Assembly: GCA_051294375.1 (NCBI GenBank)
Contig: CM119265.1
Span: forward strand, 18,958,631-19,022,630
Length of the DNA: 64,000 nt
Reading direction: 5' to 3'
Origin: Paraspadella gotoi
Lineage: Eukaryota; Animalia; Chaetognatha
Shown here: one piece after another, positions 29,680-44,800 of the stretch
Numbering within the stretch: the stretch's first letter is position 1
Layout: every line of letters starts with the position of its first letter
The notes under the pieces: generated by a model
What the model was told of the DNA's origin: nothing
Database searches by the model: none
The model's input: only the letters and a program-made list of their open reading frames with translations
Translations under genes and position numbers: made by a program

Positions 29680-32600
29680 ACACTCTCTTACACACTCTCT
29701 CTCTCTTACTCTCTTACACACTCTCTCTCTCTTACACTCTTTTCTCTCTCTACACCTCTCTCTCTTCACTCTCTTACATCTCTCTTCACACTCTCTCTTT
29801 CTCTACACACTCTCTACTCTCTTCATCTCTTACACTCTCTTACACTTCTCTCTCTTACACTCTCTCTACACTCTCCTCTTACACTCTCTACACTTACACT
29901 CTCTCTCTTCTTCTTACACTCTCTCTCTCTCTTTTACACTCTCTTACACTCTCTCTCTCTCTTACACTCTCTTACACTCCTCTCTTACAGCTCTCTCTCT
30001 CTTGACCACTCTCTCTCTCTTCACTCATCTCTCTCTCTCTCTTACACTCTTCTCTCTCTCTTACACTCTCTCCTCTCTCTTACACTCTCTTCACTCTCCT
30101 CTCTAACTCTCTAACACTCTCTCTCTCTTACACTCTTACACACTCTCTCTCTCTTACACTCTCTTCCTCTCTCTCTCTTACACTCTCTCTCTCTCTTACA
30201 CTCTCTTACACTCTCTCTCTCTCTTACACTCTCTAAACACTCTCTCTCTCACACTCTCTCTCTCTCTTTGATTCATACGACTCTCTCTCTCTCTTACACT
30301 CTCTTACACTCTCTCTCTCTCTTACACTCTCTCTCTCTATACACCCTCTCTTACAGCTCTCGTCTCTACACTCTCTTACAGCTCTCTCTCTCTCACTACT
30401 CTCTCTCTCTTACACTCTCTCTCTCTCTTACACTCTCTCTCTTCTCTTACTCTCTCTCTTACACTCTCTCATCTCTCTTACACTCTCCATCTCCTCTTAC
30501 ATCTCTTACATCTCTCTCTCTCTTACACCTCTCTTACATCTCGTCTCTCTCTCTTACACTCTCGTACACTCTCTTCTTACACTCTCTCTCTCTCTTACAC
30601 TCTTCTCTCTCTCTTACACTCTCTTAACTCTCTCTCTCTCTTACACTCTCTTACACTCTCTCTCTTCTCTTACACTCTCTCTCTCTCTTACACTCTCTAC
30701 ATCTCTCTCTCTCTTTACATCTTTACTTCTTCTCTTACACTCTCTTACTCTCTCTGCTTACACTCTCTCTCTCTCTCTTACACACTCTCTCTCTTACACT
30801 CTCTCTCTCTTACACTTCTTACATCTCTCTCTCTCTTCACTCTCTTACACTCCTCTCTCTCTACCTCTCTCTCTCTACACTCTGCTCTCTCTACACTCTT
30901 CTCTCTCTCACTCTCTCCTCTCTTACACTCTCTCTTCTCTCTTACACTCTCTCTCTCTTACACTCTCTCTCTCTCTTACACTCTTCCTCTCTTATCCTCT
31001 CTACACTCTCTCTCTCTCTACACTCTCTTCTTTCACTCTCTTCTCTCTTACCACTCTCTTACACTCTCTCTCTCTTACACTCTCTTACATTCTCTCTCTT
31101 CATCTCTTACACTCTCTTACACTCTCTCTCTCTTACACTCTCTCTCTCTCTTACACTCTCTTACACTCTCTCTCTCTCTTACACTCTCTTACACTCTCTC
31201 TCTTCTTACACTCTCTTACACTCTCTCTCTCTCTTACAACTCTCTCTCTCTCTCTTACCATCTCTCTCTCTCTTACACTCTCTCTCTCTCTTACACTCTC
31301 TTACACTCTCTCTCTCTCTTAACTCTCTTACACTCTCTCTCTTACACTCTCTCTCTCTCACTCTCTCTCTCTCTCTTACTCTCTCTCCTCTCTCTTACAC
31401 TCTCTCTCTCCTTACACTCTCTTCTCTTTACACTCTCTCTCTCTCTTACACTCTTTCTCCTTACTCTCTCTACACTCTCTCCTCTCTCTCTCTCTTCTCA
31501 CTCTCTCTCTCTCTCTCTCTTACACTCTCTCTCTCTCTCTCTACACTCTCTCTCTCTCTTACACTCTCTCTCTCTCTTACACTCTCTTACACTCTACTCT
31601 CTCTCTTACACTCTACTCTCTCTCTTACACTCTCTCTCTCTCTTACACTCTCTCTCTCTTACACTCTCTTACATCTCTCTCTCTCTACACTCTCTCTCTC
31701 TACACTCTCTCTCTCTCTTACACTCTCTTACACTCTCTCTCTCTTCACTCTCTTACACTCTCTACACTCTCTCTCTCTCTACCTCTTACACTCTCTCTTT
31801 ACACTCTCTCTCTCTCTTACACTCTCCTCTCTCTCTCTTCACCTCTCTCTCTCTCTTACACTCTCTTACACTCCTCTCTCTCTTCACTCTCTACACACTC
31901 TTCTCTCTTACACTCTCTCTCTCTTCTTACACTCTCTCTCTCTCTTACACTCTCTCACTCTCTCTCTCACACTCTCTCTTCCTCTTACACACTCTCTCTC
32001 TCTACACTCTCTACACCTCTCTCTCTACACTCTCTCTCTCTACACTCTCTTACACTCTCTCTTACACTCTCTTACACTCTCTCTCTCTCTTACACCTCTC
32101 ACACTCTCTCTCACACTCTCTCTCTCTCTTACACTCTCTCTCTCTCTTACACTCTCTCTCTCTCTTACACTCTCTTACACTCTTCTCTCTCTTACACTCT
32201 CTTACACTCTCTCTCTCTCTTACACTCTCTTACACTCTCTCTCTCTCTTACACTCTCTTCCTCCTCTCTCTCTCTTACACTCTCTTACACTCTCTCTCTC
32301 TCTTACACTCTCTTACATCTCTCTCTCTCTTCACACTCTCTCTCTCTCTTACACTCTCTCTCTCTCTTACACACTCTCTCTCTCTCTTACACGCCTTCAC
32401 TCTCTCTCTACTACACTCTCTTACACTCTCTCTCTCTCTTACACTCTCTTACACTCTCTCTCTCTCTTACACTCTCTTACACTCTCTCTCTCTCTTACAC
32501 TCTCTTACACTCTCTCTCTCTCTTACACTTCTTACACTCTCTCTCTCTTACACTCTCTCTCTCTCTCTTACACTCTCTTACACTCTCTCTCTCTCTTACA

Positions 32601-35600
32601 CTCCTCTTACACTCTCTCTCTCTTACCTCTCTTACACTCTCTCTCTCTTACACTCTCTCTCTCCTCTTACACATCTCTCTCTCTTACACTCTCTCTCTCT
32701 CTTACACTCTCTACACTCTCTCTCTCTTACACTCTCTTACACTCTCTCTCTTACACTCTCTCTCTTACACTCTCTCTCTCTCTTTACCTCTCTCTCTCTC
32801 TTACACTCTCTCTCTCTCTTACACTCTCTCTCTCTCTTACACTCTCTCTTCTCTTACACTCTCTTCTCTTACACTCTCTCTCTCTCACTCTCTCTCTTCT
32901 CTTACTCTCTCTCTCTCTCTCTCTCTTACACTCTCTCTCTCTCTTACACTCTCTCTCTCTCTTACACTCTCTCTCTCTTTACACTCTCTAACTCTCTCTC
33001 TCTCTTACACCTCTCTCTCTCCTTACACTCTCTCTCTCTTACACTCTCTCTCTCTCTCTCACACTCTCACCTCTCTCTCTCTACACTCTCTCTCTCTCTT
33101 ACACTCTCTCTCTCTCTTACACTCTCTTACACTCCATCTCTCTTACACTCTCTTACATCTCTCTTACACTCTCTCTCTCTCTTACACTCTCTACACTCTC
33201 TCTCTTACACTCTCTCTCTCTCTTACACTCTCTCTCTCTCTCTTACACTCCTCTCTCTCTCTTACACTCTCTTACACTCACTCTCTCTCTCTTTACACTC
33301 TCTTACACATCTCTCTCTCTTACACTCTCTTACACACTCTCTCTCTCTTCACTCTCTTACACACTCTCTCTCTCTACACTCTCTCTCTCTCTTACACTCT
33401 CTCTCTCTCTTACACTCTTTACACTCTCTCTCTCACACTCTCCTCTTTCTCTTACACACTCTCCCTCTCTTACACTCTCTTACACTCTCTCTTCTCTTAC
33501 ACTCTCTTCTCTTACATTCTACTCTCTTACACTCTCTTACACTCTCTCTCTCTCTTACACTCTCCTTACACTTCCTCTCTCACACCTCTCTCTCTTCACT
33601 CTCTCTCTCTCTTACACTCTCTCTCTCTCTTACACTCTCTTCTACACTCTCTCTCTCTCTTACACTCTCTTACATCTCTCTCTCTCTTACACTCTCTTAC
33701 ACTCTCTCTCTCTCTACACTCTCTTACGACTCTCTCTCTCTCTACATCTCTCTTCTCTCTTACATCTCTCTCTCTCTTACACCTCTCTCATCTCTTACAC
33801 TCCTCTCTCTCTTACTACACTCTCTCTCTCTTACACTCTCTTACACTCTCTCCTTTACACTCTCTTACACTCTCTCTCTTACACTCTCTACACTCTCTCT
33901 CTCTCTTACACTCTCTTACACTCTCTCTCTCTCTTACACTCTCTCTTCACTCTCTCTCTTCTTACACTCTTAACACTCTCCTCTCTCTTACACTCTCTCT
34001 CTCTTACACTCTCTCTTACTCTCTCGTCTACTTCTCCTCCTCCTCTTACACCTCTCTTACACTCTCTTTACACTCTCCTCTCTTACACTCCTCTCTCTTA
34101 CACCTTTCTCTCTCACTCTCTCTCTCTCTTACACTCTCTTACACTCTCTCTCTCTTACACTCTCTTACACTCTCTCTCTCTCACTCTCTCTTCTCTCTCT
34201 ATTCCTCTCTCTCTCTCTCTCTTACACTCTCTCTCTCTCTACACTCTCTCTCTCTCTAACTCTCTCTCTCTCTTACACTCCTCTCTCTCTTACACTCTCT
34301 CTCTTACACTCTCTCTCTCTCACTCTCTCTCTTTCTCTTACTCTCTCTCTCTCTCTCTCTCTTACACTCTTCTCTCTCTCTTACACTCTCTCTCTCTCTA
34401 CACTCTCTCTCTACACTCTCTTACAACTCTCTCTCTCTTACACTCTCTTACACTCTCTCTCTCTCTTACAGCTCTCCTTACACTCTCTCTCTCTCTCACA
34501 CTCTCTCTTACATCTCTCTCTCTTACATCTCTCTCTCTCTCTTACACTCTCTTACACTCTCTCTCTCTCTTACACTCTCCTACACTCTCTCTCTCTCTTA
34601 CACTCTTTTACACTCTCTCTCTCTTACACTCTCTTACACTCTCTCTCTCTCTTACACTCCTCTCTCTCTTACACTCTCTCTCTCTCTCTTACACCTCTCT
34701 CTCTCTCTTACACTCTCTTACACTCTCTCTCTCTCTACACTCTCTTACTACACTCTCTACTCTTACACTCTCTACTTACACTCTCTCTCTCTTACACTCT
34801 CTCCTCTCTTAACTCTCTACACTCTCTCTCTCTCTTACACTCTCTACACTCTCTCTCTCACATCTCTCTCTCTCTTACACACTCTCTCTCTCTCACCTCT
34901 TACACTCTCTCTCTCTCTTACACCTCTCTTCTCTTACACTCTCTTACACTCTCTCTCTCTTACACTCTCTTACACTCTCTCTCTCTACACTCTCTCTCTC
35001 TCTTACACTCTCTCTCTCTCTCTTACACTCCTCTCTTCTTACACTCTCTTACACTCTCTCTCTTCTACATCTCTCTTACACTCTCTCTCTCTCTTACACT
35101 TCTCCTCTCTCTACACTCTCTCCTCTCTCTCCTTACACTCTCTACACTCTCTCTCTCTCTTACACTCTCTCTCTCTCTTACTCTCTCTCTGCTCTCTTAC
35201 ATTTCCTCTTCCTCTTACACTCTCTCTCTTCTACACTCTCTTACATCTCTCTCTCTCTTACACTCTCTTACACTCTTCTCTCTTCTTACACTCTCTTACA
35301 CTCTCTCTCTTACACTCTCTCTCTCTCTACCTCTCTTACACTCTCTTACACCTCTCTCTCTCTCTTACACTCTCTCTCTCTTACACTCTCTCTCTCTCTT
35401 ACACTCCTTTACACTCTCTCTCTCTTACACCTCTCTTACACTCTCTCTCTCTTACACTCTCTCTCTCTCTTTAACACTCTCTCTCTCTTACACTCTCTCT
35501 CTCTCTTACACTCCTCTTACACATCATCTCTCTCTTACACTCTGTACACTCTCTCTCTCTCTTACACTTCTCTCTCACTTCTCTCTTCTTCCTCTCTCTC

Positions 35601-38580
35601 TCTCTCTTACACTCTCTCTCTCTCTCTTACACTCTCTCTCTCTCTCTTACACTCTCTCTCTCTCTTACACTCTCTCTCTCTACACTCTCTCTCTCTTACC
35701 TCTCCTCTTACACTCTCTCTTCTCACCTCTCCCCACCTCTTCTCTACTCTTCTCTCTCTTCTTACACTCTCTCTCTCTCTCTTACACCTCTCTCTCTCTT
35801 ACACTCTCTCTCTCTCTTACACTCTCTCTCTACACTCTCTTACACTCTCTCTTCTTACACTCTCTTACACCTCTCTCTCTCTTACATCTCTCTCTCTACA
35901 CTCTCTCTCTCTCTCACACTCTCTTACACTCTCTCTCTCTCTTACACTCTCTTACACTCTCTCTCTCTCTTACACTCTCTCTCTTACACTCTCTTACACT
36001 CTCTCTCTCTCTTACACTCTCTCTACTCTCTACTCTCTCTCTACACTCTCTTACACACTTTCTCTCTCTTACACTCTCTCTCTCGTACACTCTCTCTCTC
36101 TCTTACACTCTCTCTCTCTCACACTCTCTTCTCTCTCTTACACTCTCTCTCTCTCTACACTCTCTCTTCTCTCTTACACTCTCTCTCTCTCTTACACTCT
36201 CATCTCTCTTAAACTCTCTCTCTCTTACACTCTCTCTCTCTCTTACACCCTCTCTCTCTCTCCTCTCTACACTCTCTTACACTCTCCTCTCTCTCTTACA
36301 CTCTCTTACACTCTCTCTCTCTTACACTCTCTTACACTCTCTCTCTCTCTTACACTCTCTTACACTCTCTCTCCTCTCTTACACTCTCTCTCTTTCTTAC
36401 ACCTCTTACACTCTCTCTTCTCTCTTACACTCTCCTACACTCTCTCTCTCTCTTACACTTCTCCTACACTCTCTCTCTCTTTACATCTCTCCTACACTCT
36501 CTCTCTCTCTACACTCTCTTACACTCTCTCTCTCTCTTACACTCTCTTACCACTCTCTCTCTTCTTACACCTCTCTCTTACACTCTCTCTCTCTCTTACA
36601 CTCTCCTTACACCTCTTACACACTCTCTCTCTCTTACACTTCTACACTCTCTCTCTCTTTCACTCTCTCTCTCTCTACACTCTCTTAACTACCCTCTCTC
36701 TCTACACTCTCTCTTACACTCTCTTCTCTTACACTCTCTTACATCTCTCTCTCTACACTCTCTCTCGTCTTAACTCTCTCCTAACTCCTCTCTCTCTTAC
36801 ACTCTTCTCTTTACACTCTCTTACACTCCTCTCTCTCTACTCTCTTACACTCTCTTACACTCTCTCTCTCTCTTACACTCTCTCTCTTCTTACACTCTCT
36901 CTCTCTACACTCTCTTACACTCCTCTCTCTTACACTCTCCTCTCTCTCTTACACTCTCTCTCTCTCTCTTACACACTCTCTTCTCTTCTACACTCTCTCT
37001 CTCCTCTTACCTCTCTCTCTTACACTCTCTCTCTATCTACACTCCTTACACCTTCTTCTCGTCTTACACTCTCTCTCTCTTACACATTCCTCTCTCTAAA
37101 CTCTCTCTTTCTCTCACTCTCTCTCTCTCTACACTCTCTTACACTCTCTCTCTCTATACACTCTCTTCTCTCTTACACTCTCTCTCTCTTACACTCTCTC
37201 TCTCTCTTACAACTCTCTCTCTCTCTTACACACTAATCTCTCTCTTACACACTCTCTCTCTCTCTTACACACTTCTCTCTCTCTCTTACACACGCTCTCT
37301 CTCTCTTCACACTCTCTCTCTTACACACTTCTTCACTCTCTCCTCTCTTGTCACTATCTTACTATCTTCTTACACACTCTCTCTCTCTCCTCTTACCTCT
37401 CATTTCTCACTCTCTCGACTCTCTATGCACACTCTCTCTCTCTTACACTCTCTGACTCTCTCATCTCTTACACTCTCTCATACTCTCTATCCCTCACTCT
37501 CTCCTCTTTACACTTCTTACACTCTCTTCTCTCTTACACTCTCTTACACTCTCTCTCTCTCCTCTCTCTCTATGATACACTCTCTCTCTCCTCTTACACA
37601 CTCTTTCTCTCTTTACACACTCTCTCTCTTTTTACACACTCTCTCTCTCTTACACACTCTTCTCTCTTACACACTCTCTCTCTCTACACACTCTCTCTCT
37701 CTTACACACTCTCTCTCTCTTACACTCTCTTTACACTCTCTCGCTCTCTACACACTCTCTCTTCTCTTCACTTCTCTCTCTCTCTACTTACTCTCTCTCT
37801 CTCTTACATCTCTCTCTCTCTTACACTTTCTCTTACACTCTCTCTCTCTTACTCTCTCTCTCTTACACTCTCTCTCTTTCTTACACACTCTCTCTCTCTA
37901 CACCTTTCTCTCTCTTACACACTCTCCTTCTCTACACACTCTCTCTCTCTCTTACACTCTCTTTACACTCTCTCACTCTTACACACTCTCTCTCTCTTAC
38001 ACTCTCTTAACTCTCTCTCTCTTACACTCTCTCTCTCTCTTTACCACTCTCTCTCTCTCTTTACACCACTCTCTCTCTCTTACTCTCTTTACACTCTCTC
38101 TCTCTTACACTCTCTACACTCTTCTCTTTCTCTTACACTCTCTTACACTCTCTTACACTCTCTTACATCTCTTACACTCTTCTCTTCTTACACTCTCTCT
38201 CTCTCTTACACTCTCTTACACTACTCTCTCTCTTACACACTCTCTCTCTCTTACACACCTCTCTCTCTTACACACTCTCTTTCTCTTCACACTCTCTCTC
38301 TTACACTCTCACTCTCTCTCTTACACTCTCTTTTCTCTCTTACACTCTCTCTCTCTCTTACACTCTCTCTCCTTACCACTCTCTCTCTTACACACTCTCT
38401 CTCTCTTACACACTCTCTCTCTCTTACACTTTCTCTCTCTCTCTTACACTCTCTACACTCTCTCACTATTACACACTCTCTTTGTCTTCTTACACACTCT
38501 CTCTCTCTTACAACTTCTCTTACACTCCTCTCTCTGCTTAACTCTTTTCTCCTCTACACTCTCTTACACTCTTCTCTCTG
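29680..38580 (+). repeat. (CT)n-TTACA satellite array, about 8.9 kb
   Basis: Units TTACACTCTC (10 nt) and TTACACTCTCTCTCTCTC (about 16-18 nt), often alternating. Many random indels. Confidence 0.97.
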
Positions 38581-38877
38581 TCAACCATATGAAGAGGGAA
38601 TTCAATTTTTAAGAATAAGATCAAAACATCTACTTAGTTATTAACCAATGAGAGACCAGATAGTTCAAATTCAGGTATAAAATTTAACCAATTAGAGACA
38701 TTAAACAGAGATATGGAGTCATTCAATTAAAACTTAAAACTCAGATATTTGAGCCCATTAAAAAATAAAGGTCAGGGNNNNNNNNNNNNNNNNNNNNNNN
38801 NNNNNNNNNNNNNNNNNNNNNNNNNNNNNNNNNNNNNNNNNNNNNNNNNNNNNNNNNNNNNNNNNNNNNNNNNNNNN

Positions 38878-41800
38878 AGGAGAGAGAAGTGTAAGAGGGT
38901 GTTGAGAGGAGAGAGAGTATGAGTGTAAGAGAGTGTAAAGCGAAGAGAGAGTAGAGTGTAAGAGAGTGTACTAGAGAGAGAGAGCTCGCTGTAAAAGAAG
39001 AGTGAGAGAGTGTTTAAGAGAGTGTAAAAGAGAGAGAGAGAGAGTGTAAGAGAGAGAGAGAGTGGTAAGAGAGAGAGGAGAGTGTGTAAGAGAGTGAGAG
39101 ATGTAAGAGTTAAAGAGAGAGAGGAGTAAGTAAGAGGACACGAGAGAGTGTAAATGAGGAGGGACTTGTGAAGAAGTGGTAGAGAGGCAGAGTAAGAGAG
39201 AGAGATGTCGTAGAGGAGGAGAGTGTAGAGAGAGAGAGAGTGTAAGAGAGAGAGTTGTTAGGTGATTGAGTAGAAAAGAGAGAGAGAGTTTGTGTAAAAG
39301 AGAGGATGGTTATAGAGACAGAGCTGTAAGAGAGAGAGTGTGTTGAAGAGAGAGAGAGTATGTTAGAGAGAGAGGAGTCGTGTGTGAAGAGAGGTAAGAG
39401 AGGGTTGTTGTAAGAGAGTTAAGAGAGAAATGTGCTAAGAGAGTGTAAGAGAGAGAGAGAGTGTAAGAGAGTGTAGAGAAGGAGAGTGAGATGGGAGAGA
39501 AGGCCAAGAGTGTAGAGAGAGATAGTGGTAAGAGAGAGAGAGAGAGTTGTGTATAGAGAGAGAGATGAGAGAGAGAGATGTTAAAGCAGTAGTGTAAGAG
39601 AGAGCAGAGAAGTGCTAAGAGAGTGTAAGAGAGAGATGAGAGAGCAAGAGGAGGTAGAGAGAGTGTAAGATATGTAAGAGAGATGAGAGTGTAAGAGAAG
39701 TTGGTGAGACGAGAGAGTGTATAAGAGAGTGTAAGAGAGAGAGAGAGTGTAAGAGAGTGTAAGCAGAGAGAGAGTGTAAGAGAGAGTGTAAGAGAGGTGT
39801 AGAGAGCAGAGTAGTTGAGAGAGTGTAGAGAGAGAGTAGCAGTAGTAGAGAAGAGTGCTAAGGAGAGGACTTAAGAGAGGTAGAGAGAGGTGTGAGAGAA
39901 AGAGAAGAGTGTAAGAGAGTGTAAGAAGAGAGAGAGAGTGTAGAGAGTTGTAAGAGAGGAAGAGAGTTTAAGTTGTAGAGAGAGGTGTAAGAGAGAGAGA
40001 AGGAGAGTGTAAGAGAGAGAGAGTGTGTAAGAGAGAGAGAAGTGTCCAGAGGTAGCAGTTGTAAGAGAAGAGAGAGAGTGTAAGAGAGTGTAAGAGAGAG
40101 AGAGAGAGTGTAAAGAGAAGTGTAATGAGAGAGAGAGAGAGAGTTGTAAGGAGAAGAGAGAGTTTAAGAGAGTGTAAGATGAGAGAGTGTAAGAGAGTTG
40201 TAAGAGAGAGAGAGTGTAAGAGAGAGAGAGAGAGGTAAGAGAGTGTAAGAGAGAGAAGAGAGTGATAAGCAGAGAGAGAGAGAGTGTAAGACGAGAGAGA
40301 GAGTGTAAAGAGAGTGAGAGTGATAAGAGAGGAAGGAGATGTAGAGAGAGTAGAGCAGTGTAAGAGAGGGTGTAAAGAGGAGAGAGAGAGTGTTAAGAGA
40401 GTGTAAGAGAGAGAGAGTGTGAATGGAAGAGTAAGAGAGTGTTAAGAGAGGTAAGTGAGAGAATGTGTAAGAGAGTGTTAAGAAGAGAGACGAGTGTGTG
40501 TCAATTAGAGTGCTTTGTAAGAAGAGACGAGATGTGTAGTGTAGTAGAAAGAGTGTGTAAGAGAGAGTGGTAAGAGAGAGAGTGTGTATGAGTAAGAAGA
40601 GTGGTGTAAAGAGAGAGGAAGAGAAGTGTAAGAGAGAGGTGTTAAGAGAAGAGAGAGAGTGTAAAGAGTGTAAGAAGAGAGAGTGATGGAGTAGAGGTTA
40701 GGAGAGAGAAGAGTGTGTAGAGAGAGAGAGGTGTAAAGAGAAGAGAGAGAGTGTTGTAAGAGAGAAGAGGATAGTAGAGAGGGGTGTAGAGAGAGAGAGA
40801 GTGTAAGAGGAGAGGCAGTGTAAGGAGTGTTAAGAGAGAGAGAGAGTGTAAAGAGAGTGTAAGAAGAGAGGAGAGTGTAGAGAGTGTAAGAGGAGAGAGA
40901 AGAGAGAGTGATAAGAGAGAGAGAGTGTAAGAGAGAGAGAGAGTGTAGAGAGAGAGGGAGGAGAGTGTGTCAGAGAGAGAGAGTGTGTAAGAGAGAGAGA
41001 GAGTGTAAGAGAGAGAGAGAGTGTAAGAGAGAGAGAGAGTGTAAAGAGAGTGTAAGAGAGAAGACAGAGAGTGTAAGAGAGTGTAAGAGAGAGAGAGAGT
41101 GTAAAGAGAGAGTGTAAGAGAGAGAGAGAGAGAGTGTAAGAGAGAAGAGAGAGTGTAGAGAGAGAGAGAGAGTGTGTAAGAGAGAGAGAGAGTGTGTAAG
41201 AGAGAGAGTGTAGGAAGAGGTAGGAGGTGTAAGAGAGTGTAAGAGAGAGAGAGAGTGTAAGAGAGTGTAAGAGAGAGATGAGAGTATGTAAGAGAGAGAG
41301 AGAGTTATAGAGAGAGAGAGGAGTGGTCAAGAGGAGAGAGAAGTGAGAGAGAGAAGAGTGTAGGAAGAAGAGAAGAGTGAAAGAGGGAGAGAGAGAGTGT
41401 AAGAGAGAAGAGAGGTGTGTAAGGAAGAGAGAGTGTCGTAAAGAGAGAGAGAGTGTGTAAGATTGAGAGAGAGTGGTGTAAGAAAGAGAGAGTGAGTTGT
41501 GTAAGAGAGTGTTAAGTAGAGAGTGTAAAGAGAGGTCAGATGGAGAGAGAGAGTGTGAGAGAGGGAGAGTGGAGAGAGAGAGAGAGGATAGTGAGAGAGA
41601 AGAAGTGTAAGAGAGAGAGAGATGAGATTGTAAGAGGAGAAGAGAGTGTGTAAGAGAGAGAGAGTGTGTAAGAGAGAGAGAGAGTGGTGTAAGAGAGAGA
41701 GAGTGTGTAAGAGCAGTGTAAGAGAGAGAGTGTAAGATGAGAGAGAGAGTGTAAGAGAGTGTAAGAGAGAGAGAGTGTAAGAGAGAGAGTGTCGTGTAAT

Positions 41801-44800
41801 GAAGAGTGTAAGAGAGAGAGAGAAGAGTGTAAGAGAGAGAGCAGGTGTTTTGTAGAGAGAGAAGAGAGAGTGTGTAAGAGAGAAAGAGATGTGTGTACGA
41901 GAAGAGAGAGAGTGCTGTGTAAGAGAGAGAGAGAGATGTGTAAGAGAGAGAGAGAGTGTAAGAGAAGAGAGAGTGATGTTAAGAGAGAGAGAGAGAAGTG
42001 TGTAGACGAGAAGAGAGGTAGTGTTAAGAGAGAGAGAGAGTGTGTAAGAGAGTGTTAAGAAGAGTGTATCGAGAGAAGTGGTAGAGAGAGTGTAAGAGAG
42101 AGAGAGAACAGATGTGAGAGAGAGAGAGTGGTTGTAGAGAGAGAGAAGAGAGATTGTGAGAGAGGAGAGTGAGAAAGAGAGAGAGTGTCATAGAGAGAGA
42201 GAGAGAGATTGTTAAGAGAGAGAGAGTGTAAAGAGAGAGAGAGAGGTGTAAGAGCAAGAGAGATGAAGGAGTGTGGAGATAGAGAGAGTGTAAGTAGAGA
42301 GAGAAGTTTAAGAGAGAGAAGTCTAAGAGAGAGAGAGTGTAAGAGAGAGAAAGAGTGTTAAGAGATGAGAAGGGTGGGGAGAGTGTGTAAGAGAGAGAGG
42401 AGAGGAGAAGAGAGTGGGTGTAAGAGAGAGACGAGAGTGTTGTAAGAGAGAGAGAGAGTGTGTAGGAGGAAAGAAGAGAGTGTGTAAGAGAGAGAAGAGA
42501 GAGTGTGGTAGAGAGAGGTGTGTAGAGAGAGGGTAAGAGAGAGAGGTAATGAGAGGAGAGAGAGGCGTATGTGAGTAGAGAGAGAGAGAGTGTGAAGAGG
42601 AGAGAGAGCTTGTGAAGTAAGAGAGAGGTTAACAGCAGGTTAAGAGAGATGTGTAAGAGACGAGGTAGTTAAGAGTGAAGAGAGAGTGTAAGAGAGAGTA
42701 GATTGTAAGAGAGAGAAGAGGTGTAAGAGAAGAGAGAGTGTAAGAGAGAGAGAGAGTCATGTAGAGAGAGGAAGAGAGAGAGATGTATGAGAGAGACGGA
42801 GAAGTGAAGGAGAGAGTGGTGTGAAGACGAGAAGAGTGTGTAAGAGGAGAGAGATGTGATGTAAGAGAGAGAGAGTGTGTAAGAGATAGAGAGAGTGTGG
42901 TAGAGAGAGAGAGTGTGTAAGGGATGTGTGCAGAGAGAGGCTGTGTTAAGTGAGAGAAGTGAGTGGAGAGAGTCGGATAGAGAGTGTGTAAGAAGAGAGG
43001 TGAGAGTGTGTTAAGAGAGAATGAGTAAGAGAGAGTTTGTGTAAAGAGAGAGAGGTGTTAAGAGAGAGAGAGTGTGTAAGAGAGAGAGAGTGAAGAGAGA
43101 GAGTGTAAGAGAGAGAGAGTGTTACGAGAGAGGATGTGTGAGCGGGGTAGAAGAGGAGAGAGAGAGAGAGTGGGTAAGGAGAGAGTGTGAGAGAGTGTGA
43201 GAGAGTGTAAGAGAGAGAGTGTAAGAGAGAGAGGAGTGTGTAAGAGAGAGAGAGTGTAGAAGAGAGAGAGTGTAAGAGAGAGAGAGTGTAGAGAAGAGTG
43301 TAAGAAGAAGAGAGAGATGTAGAGAGAGAGAGATGTGTAAGAGAGAAGAGTGTAAGAGAGAGAGTTGTAAGAGAGAGTGAGAGTGTAAGAGAGAGTGAGA
43401 GTGTAAGAGAGAGAGAGAGTGTGAGAGAGAGAGAGTGGTGTAAGAGAGAGAGAGTGTGTAAGAGAGAGAAGAGTGTGAAGAAGAGAGTGTGTAAGAGAGA
43501 GAGAGGTGGTAGGAGAGAGTGTAGAGAGAGAGCTGTGTAAGAGAGAGTGTAAGAGAGAGAGAGTGTAAGAGAGAGAAGAGAGTGTTGAAGATGAAGAGAG
43601 AGAGAGGTGTAAGAGAGTGTAAGAGAGAGAGAGAGTGTAAGAGAGTGTAGAGAGAGAGAGAGTGTAAGAGAGAGAGAGATGTGTAAGAGAGAGAGAGTGT
43701 GTAAGAGAGAGAGAGAGTGTGTAAGAGAGAGAGAGTGTAGTAAGAGAGTGTGTAAGAGAGAGAGAGGTGTGTAAGAGACGAGAGAGAAGATGTGTAAGAG
43801 AGAGAGAGTGTGTAAAGAGAGAGAGTGTGTAAAGAGAGAGAGAGAGAGTGTGTAAGAGAGAGAGAGAGAGTGTAGAGAGGAGAGAGTTGAGAGAAGAGAG
43901 AGTGTAAGAGAGAGAGAGAGTTGTAAGAGAGAAAGAGTGTGTAAGAGAGAGAGAGTGTGTAAGAGAAGAGAGAGTGTTGTAAGAGAGAGAGAGTAGATGA
44001 GTAGAGTGAGAGAGAGAGAGTGTAAAGAGAGAGATGTAAGAGAGAAGAGAGAGTGTAAGAAGAGAGAGTAGAAGAGAGTGTAAGAGAGAGAGAGAGAGTG
44101 TAAGAGAGAGAGGAGTGTAAGAGAGAGAGAGAGTGTAAAGAGAGAGAGAGTGTAAGAGAGAGAGAGTGTAAGAGAGAGAGAGTGTAAGACAGAAGAGAGT
44201 GTGTAAGAGAGAGAGAGTGGTGTAAGAGAGAGAGAGAGTGTAAAGAGAGAGTGTAAGAGAGGAAGAGAGGTGTTAAGAGAGAGAGAGAGTGTAAGAGAGA
44301 GAGAGATGTAAGAGAGAGAGAGTGTATAGAGAGAGAGAGTGTAAGAACAGAGAGAGTGTAAGAGCAGAGAGAGTGTAAGAGAGGAGGAGTGTGGAGAGAG
44401 AGGTGTAAGAAGAGAGAGTGTAAGAGAGAGTAGAGTGTGAAGAGAGAGAGAGTGTGAGAGAGGTGTTGAGAGAGAGAGAGCTGGAAGAGAGTAAGAGAGA
44501 AGTGTGTAAGAGAGAGAGTGTGTAAGAGAGAGAGTGTGATTAGAGAGAGAGAGGTGTAAGAGTAGAGAGAGAGCAGAGTGTCGTGAGAGAGAGTGATGTG
44601 GAGAGAGAGTGTCTGTATAGAGAGAGTGTGTAAGAGAGAGTGTGTAAGAGAGAGTTTGTAACAGAGAGATTGTAAGAGATGGAGAGTGTGAGAGAGAGAA
44701 AGAGTGTGAGAGAGAGAGAGAGTGTGAGAGAGAGAGAGTGTGTGAGAGGAGTGGTGAGAAGAGAGAGAGTGTGACGAGAGAGAGAGTGTTAGAGAGAGAG